A stretch of DNA of 64,000 nt, taken from the IMG/VR virus record IMGVR_UViG_2521172663_000002, positions 2,936 through 66,935 of that record; one strand, written 5' to 3'. The notes under the pieces were generated by a model. It had not been told where the DNA came from, did no database searches, and was given only the letters and a program-made list of their open reading frames with translations. Shown here one piece after another: positions 9,353 to 18,955 of the stretch. The stretch comes from a virus. Lineage: Duplodnaviria; Caudoviricetes. The position numbers were made by a program, and so were the translations under genes. How positions within the stretch are numbered: the stretch's first letter is position 1; every line of letters begins with the position of its first letter.

Positions 9353-9889
9353 ATGCCGCTTGTAGCACGCACGGCGCTTGTCGCTGCCAACGATAATAAT
9401 CCGCGCCGCCCCGAGTTCGACCGCAAGCTTTTGGCCTACGAGCCTGCTTTGCGACGACTGGCGCGCAAAATCACCAGGAACGAAGACGCCGCCGACGAAC
9501 TGTTTCAGTCGGCGATGGTCGTCATGTTGCGCCGGCATCGCGAATGCCGCCTTGAGACCTTCTGGACGTGGGCCACCCTTTGCGTTCGCGGAACGGCGCA
9601 GGAATTCGTTCGCACCAATTCCACCAAATCGCGGTCCGCTGAGGTCTGCAGTCTCTCGGCGTTCGACGAGATGCCGGGCGCTACCGATCCGCATCAGGAG
9701 GATGGCACCGACCTATCGCGTGTTGTTTCCCTGCTCGAAGGCCGCAATGGCGCGATGCTAATGCGCCGAGCGATGGGCGAGACGCTGGAAGCCATTGGCA
9801 ACGACCACGGCCTCACGAAAGAACGTGTTCGCCAGGTTGTCATCAAGGAGCGGGCGAGGGTGCTCGGGCTGCTGCGGGAGGCGGCTTGA
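9353..9889 (+). CDS. Sigma-70/ECF-like transcription factor
   Basis: Region 2-like LRRLARKIT..AADELFQ; region 4-like TLEAIG..GLTKERVRQ. Confidence 0.75.
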   Translation: MPLVARTALVAANDNNPRRPEFDRKLLAYEPALRRLARKITRNEDAADELFQSAMVVMLRRHRECRLETFWTWATLCVRGTAQEFVRTNSTKSRSAEVCSLSAFDEMPGATDPHQEDGTDLSRVVSLLEGRNGAMLMRRAMGETLEAIGNDHGLTKERVRQVVIKERARVLGLLREAA

Positions 9890-11616
9890 TGGCACTACGG
9901 TATTACCAGCGTGAGGCTGTCGACGCGACGTTCGATTACTGGCGCGAAGAGGCCGGACATCCGCTCATCGATATGGCTACGGGCACAGGCAAAAGCATGA
10001 CATTGGCCACGCTTTTCCATGAGATGATCACTGGCTGGCCTGACATGCGCCTCTTGAATGCCGTTCACGTTCAAGAACTCGTAGAGTCAAACTTCAAGGA
10101 AATGATCGGCATTGCGCCGTTCGCCCCGGTCGGCCTTTACGCTGCTGCGTTGGGTCGCCGCGACGCGCGCGCGCAGATCCTCTTTGCCCAACTGCAAACG
10201 GTCTGGAACAAGGCGAAAGAAATTGGGCACGTTGACGTGTTGGCGATCGACGAAGTGCACCTTGTGCCCGACGACGAGAACACAATGTACCGCGTCTTTA
10301 TCCAGGCGCTTTTGGCCATCAACCCGGAAATGAAAATTGTTGGTCTTTCGGCCACCCTTTACCGACTCGATAGTGGTCGGTTGGATGAGGGTGAGGATCG
10401 GCTATTTGATCGAACGGTTTACAGCTACGGCATTCGCGAGGGCATCGATGATGGCTATTTGACGCCGATCACTTCGAAACCAACGTCTACGAAGCAGGAC
10501 ACGTCTACCGTTCCCTTGCGAGGAAATGATCTGGCGAAAGGCGCCCTTCAAAAAGCAGTCGACCACGACTGGCTCAACAAGCGTATCGTCGAGGAGGTTT
10601 TTGATACAGAGCCTCACCGCAAAACGGCGCTATTCTTCTGCGCGGGAGAAAAGCACGCGACGAACATGCGCGACGTCATACGGTCGGCGGGAAGATCCTG
10701 CGAAATCATCATGGGTACAACACCAAAAGGTGAGCGTCGAAAGATTATCGAGGCATACAAGCGCGGCGAGATTTGGGGCATTTGCAATGACAATGTGATG
10801 TCAACGGGCACTAACGTTCCTCGTATCGATCTCATCGTCGACGCGGCCAAGACAAAGTCGGCAAGCCGATATGTGCAGCGCGTGGGTCGAGGTACTCGTG
10901 TGATTTATCCGCGTGGATTTGACCCTGAAGCAGCGAGTGCAGAAGAGCGCCGTGCCGCAATATTTGGGGGCGATAAACCAAACTGCCGATACATGGACTT
11001 TGCGGGAAACGTCGGCGAACACGGGCCTGTGGACATGATTGTTCCAACTAAGCCGTCAAAGGGCGACGGCACGGCGCCAATTAAGGTCTGCCCTCAGTGC
11101 GAGGAGCAACTTCACGCGTCAATCCGCGTCTGCTGGTGCTGTGGTCATGAGTTTGTATTCGACGAGACACCAAAGCTGCAATCGAAGCCCACCGATGCGC
11201 CCATTATATCGACCCAGGCACCAGAACCCCGCACCGTCACGTCGCGCAGCTTCTATTACCATGAGGGCAAGGGGGATAAACCGCCGTCGGTGAAGGTCAG
11301 CTACATGTCCGGCATGACGGCGATCAATGAGTGGATTTGCCCGCAACATAGCGGATTCCCGAAGTCAAAGGCCGACCGCTACTGGCGCGCGCATGGCGGC
11401 AAAATGCCGTTTCCAAAGACCGTTCTGGAATGGATCGAGCGTCAGTCAGAACTGGCCGAAACGGTCGAGATCACAGTGAAGCCGCGCCAGAAGTATTGGG
11501 ATGTTGTGGGCCACATGGTTGGTGCTGCGAACGACAATCACGTGTCACCGGCCAATGACAATGCGCCGGAAGCAGAGGATTGGCGGGTGTTAGTTGAAGA
11601 TGATATTCCATTCTAG
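9886..11616 (+). CDS. SF2 DEAD/H helicase with Zn finger (RadD/YejH-like)
   Basis: LRYYQ, ATGTGKS, DEVH, LSAT, QRVGRGTR, CPQC..CWCC. Confidence 0.9.
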   Translation: MMALRYYQREAVDATFDYWREEAGHPLIDMATGTGKSMTLATLFHEMITGWPDMRLLNAVHVQELVESNFKEMIGIAPFAPVGLYAAALGRRDARAQILFAQLQTVWNKAKEIGHVDVLAIDEVHLVPDDENTMYRVFIQALLAINPEMKIVGLSATLYRLDSGRLDEGEDRLFDRTVYSYGIREGIDDGYLTPITSKPTSTKQDTSTVPLRGNDLAKGALQKAVDHDWLNKRIVEEVFDTEPHRKTALFFCAGEKHATNMRDVIRSAGRSCEIIMGTTPKGERRKIIEAYKRGEIWGICNDNVMSTGTNVPRIDLIVDAAKTKSASRYVQRVGRGTRVIYPRGFDPEAASAEERRAAIFGGDKPNCRYMDFAGNVGEHGPVDMIVPTKPSKGDGTAPIKVCPQCEEQLHASIRVCWCCGHEFVFDETPKLQSKPTDAPIISTQAPEPRTVTSRSFYYHEGKGDKPPSVKVSYMSGMTAINEWICPQHSGFPKSKADRYWRAHGGKMPFPKTVLEWIERQSELAETVEITVKPRQKYWDVVGHMVGAANDNHVSPANDNAPEAEDWRVLVEDDIPF

Positions 11617-11640
11617 GTTTAGTTACGCTGGGGGAATAGA

Positions 11641-12120
11641 ATGGATTCGGGTTGGCTAAAGATATTTGATCTTTCTGGACCTACTGTGTTGGCATGTTTT
11701 GCCACCTGCGCAGGCGTCAGTTACGGGTATGAAAATGAAATATTTCTTTTGTCTTTCATGCCCTTGGCTTTCGTTGTGGTAGCCAACATAGGCATCTTTT
11801 TCTTTGGCGCCCTCACTGTGGTTTGGATCGTGAGGTGGCTTCGTGATGTTATCCTCTGGTTACGACACGAAATCACTTTTTCACGAAATGTCGTCGATCA
11901 ACTGGATTCCCTTTCGGTGGACGAGAGGCGGTTCATTCGCAGTCTTTTGGAGAATAACCAATCTCACTACACGACCAGCCTAACCAGCCCAGTCACAGCA
12001 ACATTGATACATAGAGGATTAGTGCGACGGGGGTCTGGCCAACACAGCATGATCGATTTCCCCCATTATGTGCCCCTAAAGGTCTGGAAAGTGATCAAAA
12101 AAAATGGTGACAGACTATAG
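11641..12120 (+). CDS. SieB-like superinfection exclusion protein
   Basis: Lower GC; N-terminal TM helices then LDSLSVDERRFI..LIHRGLV winged-helix-like tail. Confidence 0.55.
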   Translation: MDSGWLKIFDLSGPTVLACFATCAGVSYGYENEIFLLSFMPLAFVVVANIGIFFFGALTVVWIVRWLRDVILWLRHEITFSRNVVDQLDSLSVDERRFIRSLLENNQSHYTTSLTSPVTATLIHRGLVRRGSGQHSMIDFPHYVPLKVWKVIKKNGDRL

Positions 12121-12124
12121 AATG

Positions 12125-12153
12125 TTGACAAATTTGTAAAAACGGTTTAGTTT
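12125..12153 (+). promoter_or_regulatory. Second copy of early promoter/operator
   Basis: TTGACAAATTTGTAAAAACGGTTTAGTTT. Confidence 0.8.
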
Positions 12154-12200
12154 TGAATACTGCGCCACACCAATGGCGTCACCACGTTGAGGAGATAGAT

Positions 12201-12653
12201 ATGAGCAGAACGACGTACAGGCGCGCCTGCGCTCTGGCAGAACACTACTTGGCAATTGACCGGCGCGAGATATGGCTCGACGAGAACGACCCACACCTTC
12301 CATGGGATAAGGTGACGAGCGTAAAGGCTGGCGGTGGGTATCGTCTCAATGGCCCAACTGGCGTTCGCATCGAGGCCAACGACCCAGCCGGCCTGTCATT
12401 CTTGTGGCTCGTGGACTTTGAGTCCCGCGACGCAAATGGGTCCAGCATCAACCAATTTGATCGTGTCGCAATGCTGAACATGGCCAGAAGACTACCGCCG
12501 CATGTCCGCGAGAAGTTTGCACAATTTCTGACCGACGAAGTTCTGCCGGCTGTTCAGCAGCGGACTGCTGAGTTTGAGGAACAGATGAAGAAGCAGCGAG
12601 ATAGTCTCGAAATCCTGCAGTCGATCATCCTCAACGTCGGAGCCGCAGCATGA
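12201..12653 (+). CDS. Hypothetical protein
   Basis: GAGGAGA RBS; ends GAAA. Confidence 0.7.
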   Translation: MSRTTYRRACALAEHYLAIDRREIWLDENDPHLPWDKVTSVKAGGGYRLNGPTGVRIEANDPAGLSFLWLVDFESRDANGSSINQFDRVAMLNMARRLPPHVREKFAQFLTDEVLPAVQQRTAEFEEQMKKQRDSLEILQSIILNVGAAA

Positions 12654-13171
12654 CCAAACCAGCCAACGACAACTATTTGGCTGCCGACGTCGCCAACCTT
12701 GAAGCGCTTTTCGCCGACATGCTGGCCGCTTATCCCGAGCTCGAAGCCGACGAAGAGCTTCGCGCTGATATGCTGGAAGGCGAGACCAACTTCCACGCCG
12801 TCCTGACGCGTCTCGTCAACGGCGAGCGCGACGCCGACAGTCTGGCAAAGGCCGTAGCAGGGCGCATCTCAGATCTGCAAGCACGCAAGTCGCGCGCTGA
12901 GCGCCGCAAGGAAGCAATGCGCAGTCTGATGTTCAAATTGCTGAAAGCTGCCGGCGTGCCGCGCGTACCTCTGGCTGAGGCTACGATCTCGATCGGCAGG
13001 AAGGCTGCATCTGTTGAGATCGTCGACGAGGCTCTGTTGCCGAAGGCCTACGTTCGTGTTTCGACGTCGCCGGACAAGACCGCCATCAAGGAAGCTCTGC
13101 AGGCTGGCAAGAAGGTCCGTGGTGCAAAGATGGGCGAGGCGGGTGAGCTGTTGTCGGTGAGGGTGGCTTAA
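12650..13171 (+). CDS. Siphovirus Gp157 family protein
   Basis: Coiled coil then VEIVDEALLP..PDKTAIKEALQAGKKVRGA. Confidence 0.85.
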   Translation: MTKPANDNYLAADVANLEALFADMLAAYPELEADEELRADMLEGETNFHAVLTRLVNGERDADSLAKAVAGRISDLQARKSRAERRKEAMRSLMFKLLKAAGVPRVPLAEATISIGRKAASVEIVDEALLPKAYVRVSTSPDKTAIKEALQAGKKVRGAKMGEAGELLSVRVA

Positions 13172-13180
13172 ACGGGAGGC

Positions 13181-14212
13181 CTAAACAAGAATGTCGCTAG
13201 TTGCGTCCACGTTCTCGAAATACCCGTCCGGCCGCCGTCGCCTCGGGATAAGGAAGCGGTTCCATTCGACCTCTCTCTCGAATTGTGGCGGATTATCCAC
13301 ATCGTACCAATTTTTCTGTTTGCGCAAATTTAGAACTTCATCGATATCAGCAGGATCGTCGTGAAATTTGCACCCTGAAAAATTGCAACGCTCGAAACGA
13401 TGGTTGTCAAAATGATAGTCCATTTCGCTGATTCTTGACACTTCGGACATTTGGAAGGTGCACGCGTCATAAGTGCCATTTTTTACTGGGTAGTTACCGC
13501 GATGAATCACGGCGTTTCGTACCGAAAATGAATCAAGTGAAATTACCTCCAAGGCATTTTTCGTAAGCGTGCCGCCTGAGTAAGACTGATGCTCGAAGCC
13601 AGCTATACCAGGCCATCGCATATCGGGGGTCTGGGCAGAAAATTTGGCACGGATCGTGCTCTTCATGCCGCTCGAGTTTGCGTTGAATATGACTGAATGC
13701 GCGAGACGAGCTGATGAATTTGTTTGGTAGGCGCGCGCCGCGTCCTTGCTGACGTCGTTGTGCATTGATGCGTAAAAGTTTGCTACAACGTTCAGTGCTT
13801 GACGAGAGAAGCGACGTTTCGGTTCGTTAATCACGACCTCCAGCGTCGCCAGCCCCGCAAGTTGGTCCTGATGCTTGTTGGGATCCCCCAGCAATTTTGC
13901 GCCCTCTTGCAGTAACTTCGCGTAATTCGCATCATCGTTCGCGTCGTTTTGGGCTTTCTGTTGGTCCGCTTGTCTCGCTCCAACAAGTCCGCGCCACGCG
14001 ACTGTGCTAAATGTAACGAGTGCTAGGAAGATTGTTGCAAAGGGGGAAGAAATATCGACGCGTTCCTTCATGGCTTTGAGATCGGGAGCAGATAACACCC
14101 ACGAACTTGCGAATAAAAAGCAAGTCAAGCCTATTAGAACAAGTGAAATGGAGATGACGTACCAGTCTTTTTCGGTGATTTTGGGCCAGTCTCTAACGGG
14201 TTTATTTTCCAT
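13181..14212 (-). CDS. Membrane-anchored moron, pentapeptide-repeat-protein-like architecture
   Basis: Two TM helices, AKLLG..QLAGLATLE, C-terminal FERCNFSGCKF; start MENKP. Confidence 0.55.
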   Translation of the reverse strand: MENKPVRDWPKITEKDWYVISISLVLIGLTCFLFASSWVLSAPDLKAMKERVDISSPFATIFLALVTFSTVAWRGLVGARQADQQKAQNDANDDANYAKLLQEGAKLLGDPNKHQDQLAGLATLEVVINEPKRRFSRQALNVVANFYASMHNDVSKDAARAYQTNSSARLAHSVIFNANSSGMKSTIRAKFSAQTPDMRWPGIAGFEHQSYSGGTLTKNALEVISLDSFSVRNAVIHRGNYPVKNGTYDACTFQMSEVSRISEMDYHFDNHRFERCNFSGCKFHDDPADIDEVLNLRKQKNWYDVDNPPQFEREVEWNRFLIPRRRRPDGYFENVDATSDILV

Positions 14213-14363
14213 ATGCAGCCCCCTTCTTGGGGCACACACTAGCATTTCCCATTTCTTTCTCACTAATAAGTTGAAAGGTATCCACAACTAACCAACACCC
14301 GCCGCGCCACCAACGCGGCTTCCGCTTCGGCGGGAACACCACAGTCTGAGGAGACATACCAAA

Positions 14364-15686
14364 GTGAGCATCACCTCGATGCACGACGGAAGAGTCGTGC
14401 TGCATCAAAACGATTGCCGCGACGTGTTGCGCGGTCTTGCCGACAGCTCGATCGACAGCGTCGTTACGGACCCTCCTTATGCGCTGGTCTCTATCCAGAA
14501 GCGTTTCGGAAAGCCGGGCTCCGTCCCGGCCAAGGACGTTTATGGTCGCGGAGCAGCCGGCTTTATGGGCAAGCAGTGGGACACCGGAGAAGTAGCATTC
14601 TCCGAAGAGTTCTGGGCCGAAGTGCTGCGCGTCTTGAAGCCGGGTGGCCATGTCGTCGCGTTCTCTGGCACGCGCACCTATCACCGCATGGCCGTTGCTA
14701 TCGAAGATGCTGGATTAGAGATCCGTGATCAACTGGGCTGGGTGTTTGGTTCTGGCTTCCCGAAGTCGCACAACCAGCATGGCGATTGGGAGGGTTGGGG
14801 TACCGCGCTCAAGCCAGCATGGGAGCCTATTGCTCTGGTGCGCAAACCTTTGACTGGCACCGTCGCTGCTAACCTTGCTGAGTGGGGCGTGGGTGCGATC
14901 AATGTGGATGGCTGCAGGGTGGAGACGGATGAAGAACTTCGCGATGGAGCTGGAAAACTTTGGTCGCATTATCGAGAGGGTGAGCCGAGCGCATCACGCA
15001 TTTATACCGACGTTGGCGGTACCAGCTTTTCGCTGGTGCCGGGCATCCGTGGCGGCGATCCACGAGGCCGCTGGCCCGCCAACCTTATCCACGACGGCAG
15101 CGAAGAAGTGCTGTCGGCGTTCCCAGACGCAAAGGGCCAGCAGGGCTATGTTGGGCCGAAACACGGCGAGCGGCCAAGCAAGGGTATCTATGGTGACTTT
15201 GGCGCGAGGCCTGATAGCCATCCTCGCGTCGAGGCGGAGACGTCAGCCGCCCGCTTCTTCTACTGCGCCAAGGCGAGTCGCGCGGACCGTGATGCTGGTC
15301 TGGATCACCTGCCGAAGAAAGCAGGCGGCATGGTGTCAAACACCAGCGGTCAGCACATGACCCGTCGCGATGAAGGCTACAAGCCTGAACCGCGCGCCAA
15401 CACTCACCCAACCGTTAAGCCAACAACCCTCATGCAGTGGCTTTGCCGCCTTATCACGCCTCCCGGCGGCGTAATTCTTGATCCTTTCATGGGCTCAGGA
15501 AGCACAGGCAAGGCGGCTGTTCTCGAGGGCTTTCAGTTCATCGGCTGCGAGCGTGAGGACGAATACATGCCGATCGCTACGGCCCGGATTGCGTGGGCTA
15601 TCGGTGTGGTGAGCAAGGATGACGAACTCGCTGCGGTACCGGTGAATGACAACCGTCCTGCTGACTTGTTTTCGAAGGCAGCGTAA
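14364..15686 (+). CDS. N6A/N4C DNA methyltransferase (beta class)
   Basis: DPPY precedes HPTVKP and DPFMGSGST. Confidence 0.92.
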   Translation: MSITSMHDGRVVLHQNDCRDVLRGLADSSIDSVVTDPPYALVSIQKRFGKPGSVPAKDVYGRGAAGFMGKQWDTGEVAFSEEFWAEVLRVLKPGGHVVAFSGTRTYHRMAVAIEDAGLEIRDQLGWVFGSGFPKSHNQHGDWEGWGTALKPAWEPIALVRKPLTGTVAANLAEWGVGAINVDGCRVETDEELRDGAGKLWSHYREGEPSASRIYTDVGGTSFSLVPGIRGGDPRGRWPANLIHDGSEEVLSAFPDAKGQQGYVGPKHGERPSKGIYGDFGARPDSHPRVEAETSAARFFYCAKASRADRDAGLDHLPKKAGGMVSNTSGQHMTRRDEGYKPEPRANTHPTVKPTTLMQWLCRLITPPGGVILDPFMGSGSTGKAAVLEGFQFIGCEREDEYMPIATARIAWAIGVVSKDDELAAVPVNDNRPADLFSKAA

Positions 15687-16504
15687 TGGCTAAGCTCACC
15701 AAAGCTCAAGCAAAGGCCCATGCGCAGGCCTGCGACATCCTCACCAAAGCCGTGCTGACCGAAGACGACAAGGACTTCGTCCTCAAGAACTGGAACGAGG
15801 GCGCGAACCACGTTAACGGCGCTGCTGGCGCGTTTTTCACACCGTACGATATGGCGTTCGATTTCACCATCGATGCCATCGGGCAAGGCGGATACGGCGG
15901 GCGGATCATCGATCTGTGCGCTGGCATCGGCATGCTGTCCTACGCGTGCTGGCACCGAAGCCATCATAAGGCTCGCATCACCTGCGTGGAGCGGAATCCC
16001 GACTATCTCGCGGTTGGTCAGAAGATACTACCGGAGGCGGAGTGGATTCTCGCTGACGTGCTGGACGTGCTGGACATGGGGCTGGGCAGGTTTGACGTTG
16101 CCATCAGCAATCCGCCCTTTGGTAAGATCAAACGCGACGGCGGCGCTCCTCGCTACACAGGAGCGGAGTTCGAATTCCATGTGATCGATATAGCCGCTCA
16201 TCTGGCTGACTCTGGCGCGTTCATCGTGCCGCAGATGTCCGCTGGCTTCAACTACAGCGGTCGGCCTTCCTACGAGCAACAGAAGGACGGCAAGGCGGTC
16301 AAATTTCAAGAGCTCACCGGCCTTCACTTCGAGGCTGGCTGCGGGATCGACACGGCTTTCTACATCAACGATTGGAAAGGTGTTTCGCCCATGTGCGAGA
16401 TCGTGTGCGTCGAATTTGAGCGACCGGACGAAGCGTGTCTCATTGAGGCGGCAAATGACAATGTGTCGCCGGTTCAGGCGGATTTGTTTGGGGTGGCAGC
16501 ATGA
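15686..16504 (+). CDS. Amino-methyltransferase (gamma-order motifs)
   Basis: GAFFTP, DLCAGIG, NPPF. Confidence 0.85.
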   Translation: MAKLTKAQAKAHAQACDILTKAVLTEDDKDFVLKNWNEGANHVNGAAGAFFTPYDMAFDFTIDAIGQGGYGGRIIDLCAGIGMLSYACWHRSHHKARITCVERNPDYLAVGQKILPEAEWILADVLDVLDMGLGRFDVAISNPPFGKIKRDGGAPRYTGAEFEFHVIDIAAHLADSGAFIVPQMSAGFNYSGRPSYEQQKDGKAVKFQELTGLHFEAGCGIDTAFYINDWKGVSPMCEIVCVEFERPDEACLIEAANDNVSPVQADLFGVAA

Positions 16505-16521
16505 CCACCCCAAAAAATTCG

Positions 16522-17604
16522 TCACTCCGGGAAAGTGTAACGAAACGCCGTTGCTGTGAGGGCTTCTTCAAATACTTGCCAAGGGTTATGCGCCTCAACT
16601 TCGCCGCCGTTCGCGACATCGCCGTTCAGCTGAATTCCATGCACTATCAGAAGGAGGTTGTTAGGAAACGCCTGGCGGTGAAGGTCGACTTCGCCTTTAG
16701 TCAGCAGGATGGTGAAGGGACCGCCAGTCGTGCCTTTAACTTCGACTACTTTTTCCACACCATAAAACTGCGCTCTGTAGTCGCAAGGTTCTCTCAAGCT
16801 GACGTCACGAATTCGCGTAAAAGCATTTGCCGCAAGCCATTCCCTGGCGACGAGCATTGCCCGGGCATCAACCGCTCTTCGTTGAACAGCATTCAATCCA
16901 AAGCCCTGTCCGCGCCGTCGTCGGTTCGGGTTGATAAGCTCATTGATTTCGGCATTCAACTCTACGACATCGCGCTGAAAAGCTCGCGGTTGCCGCCCAG
17001 CAGCTGCGGCATCATACAACGCCCGAAGGAGTTCGATAGCGTCGCCCAGATCAGCGAGCAGAACCTGTTCGTCTGGAATCGCCGCGACGGGATATGTTTT
17101 GGAGAATGCCGTTGTCCGCTCGTATGCCCTTGGAAGCTGGGCGGTGCTTCCAAGCCGAACTCCTGGGGTAAAATTCAGGCGCCTAGCTGCATCTCCGATC
17201 TCCCCTCGGGACCAATCCATGAGTTCTTGTGCCTCTTCAGCAGGGCGAGGTTGAAAAGTGAGGCCGTCCCAGGTTGTAGAGCCATGGCTGATACAGAGCG
17301 AGACTGCACCTCCGTCAGGGTGGAAAAGGTAAACCACATACCACCCGTTTTGCGGGTTTGGAGACATTCCATCCGCAAAGATTCTGACCCACGGCACCAG
17401 CGTTTTCCTGCCTGTACCATCTTTTCCCGCAACATCGAATTGGTCTGCGAACTCGCCGAGACGAGGGGCGAGCTGTGGTTGATGGAGCCTGATCCATCTG
17501 GGAATGCGCTGCCTGATAACAACGCCTCGGGTCGACATTGGATCAGTGTTTTCGTGTGAGTACTCGAGCTGAAGCTGTAGCACCTGAATAAGCAAGTCTC
17601 GCAT
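16522..17604 (-). CDS. McrB-N (DUF3578)-like domain fused to DUF3883-like PD-(D/E)XK nuclease
   Basis: VPWVRIF..GWYVVYLF N-terminus; DVS..PCDY..VEVKGT C-terminus. Confidence 0.75.
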   Translation of the reverse strand: MRDLLIQVLQLQLEYSHENTDPMSTRGVVIRQRIPRWIRLHQPQLAPRLGEFADQFDVAGKDGTGRKTLVPWVRIFADGMSPNPQNGWYVVYLFHPDGGAVSLCISHGSTTWDGLTFQPRPAEEAQELMDWSRGEIGDAARRLNFTPGVRLGSTAQLPRAYERTTAFSKTYPVAAIPDEQVLLADLGDAIELLRALYDAAAAGRQPRAFQRDVVELNAEINELINPNRRRRGQGFGLNAVQRRAVDARAMLVAREWLAANAFTRIRDVSLREPCDYRAQFYGVEKVVEVKGTTGGPFTILLTKGEVDLHRQAFPNNLLLIVHGIQLNGDVANGGEVEAHNPWQVFEEALTATAFRYTFPE

Positions 17605-17676
17605 GTTATTCCTCCATCATAGGTTGAAGGATACGTGGCGAAAAACTTTTAAAATTTCGTTCTAGGAGAGGCAGGC

Positions 17677-18051
17677 ATGACCAAACTCCCAACAACCCCA
17701 CGCCAGCACACGCCGACGGTCGACGCCGACCATAACCCCACCACTTGCTTTGTCTGCGGCATGCACGCCTTCGGTATCGGCGTGAACGCCAACGGGCGCG
17801 ACAAAGACCCTCACTACATCTGCCGGAGGTGCGCCGTGGGCATCGACAATTACAAGAGGATCGATCGCCTCGACGACTACGAGCTGCGCGCTTTGGACGC
17901 CGGCGTTGATGCCGTCGGCGAGTACATCGCCGAGCATGGTGTGACGGACCTCTCGCACTTCGACGAGCTTATGCAGCGCATGATGGTGAAGGCCGCATGG
18001 GAGGGCTGCGCGCGGGGTCTGAGGGCAGCGCTGAGTGAGGCGCCGTTTTGA
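17677..18051 (+). CDS. Zn-finger hypothetical phage protein
   Basis: CFVC...CRRC; ends APF. Confidence 0.7.
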   Translation: MTKLPTTPRQHTPTVDADHNPTTCFVCGMHAFGIGVNANGRDKDPHYICRRCAVGIDNYKRIDRLDDYELRALDAGVDAVGEYIAEHGVTDLSHFDELMQRMMVKAAWEGCARGLRAALSEAPF

Positions 18052-18056
18052 GCCGG

Positions 18057-18884
18057 CTAATTGGGCACGCCCAGCTCGATAGTCTTCATCTTTCGGAGGA
18101 GGGTGCCGTTGTAATCGGCACCATCACCTCCGGAATGAACGCGTCGATGACAGTTGGGGCAGAGCGCGATCACAAATCTCGGGTCGTCTGGCCCACCGTC
18201 AGTAAGGCGGCGGATGTGATGGGGCTCGAGGTAGGGCACACCATTCGGCCGCGTAAAGGGAGCGTCTTTCCCACAGCCCTCGCATTTGCCGAGAGAGCGA
18301 GCAACCACGTAATCTCGCACGTCACGACTTCTGTCAAAGACGCTCGTAGTCACCTGATTTTTAGCCGGTTTCTGGACAGATGCGGCAAAGGCACGCTTCT
18401 TGAGTTCATCAAGGGACTTGGCTGTCTGTGGAGAAGCGACAGGCATATTTTCGACGTGCTCGAACACCGTGTCGATCGGGCGAAGGGTGAACACTATGGC
18501 GTCACGAATATTCCCCAGGCGATCGGGAGCTCTGACGATCTTGTGGCCCTCATAAACCATCTCGCCTTCGAACCTTAGGCCTGCCTTCAGTTTAGTGAAG
18601 AGCAAGAGGCTTTTGCCGCGGGCCGAATGGCTGGCAATACCGAGATTGCCCTTTTCCATCTTCATGTCGCCGACTTGGCCCTCGCCAAAGTAATCGAACC
18701 TTCCATCTGGGGACCACGTGTCATTGTAGCCATGTTCGTGACCTTCTTCGCCCGTCACGATAATCACCAGATTATGTTTCTTAGGGGTGATGATACCACC
18801 CTGCTGCTGACCGCCGAACGGCGCGTGAATGCTCGCGCGTCTGTTGTAAATGCGACCTTTATCGAATCCCCAGGACATAGCCAC
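18057..18884 (-). CDS. SRA-like + HNH endonuclease (McrA-like type IV restriction)
   Basis: GGQQQGGI..GYND..YFGEGQVGDM; CEGC..LEPHHI..ALCPNCHRRVH. Confidence 0.8.
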   Translation of the reverse strand: MAMSWGFDKGRIYNRRASIHAPFGGQQQGGIITPKKHNLVIIVTGEEGHEHGYNDTWSPDGRFDYFGEGQVGDMKMEKGNLGIASHSARGKSLLLFTKLKAGLRFEGEMVYEGHKIVRAPDRLGNIRDAIVFTLRPIDTVFEHVENMPVASPQTAKSLDELKKRAFAASVQKPAKNQVTTSVFDRSRDVRDYVVARSLGKCEGCGKDAPFTRPNGVPYLEPHHIRRLTDGGPDDPRFVIALCPNCHRRVHSGGDGADYNGTLLRKMKTIELGVPN

Positions 18885-18955
18885 CCCTAGCCAAAATGCG
18901 TGCCTGCGTTGTGTAGCAGCCGCTGGCTCGCCTTATCAAGCCAAGGAGACCCCCT

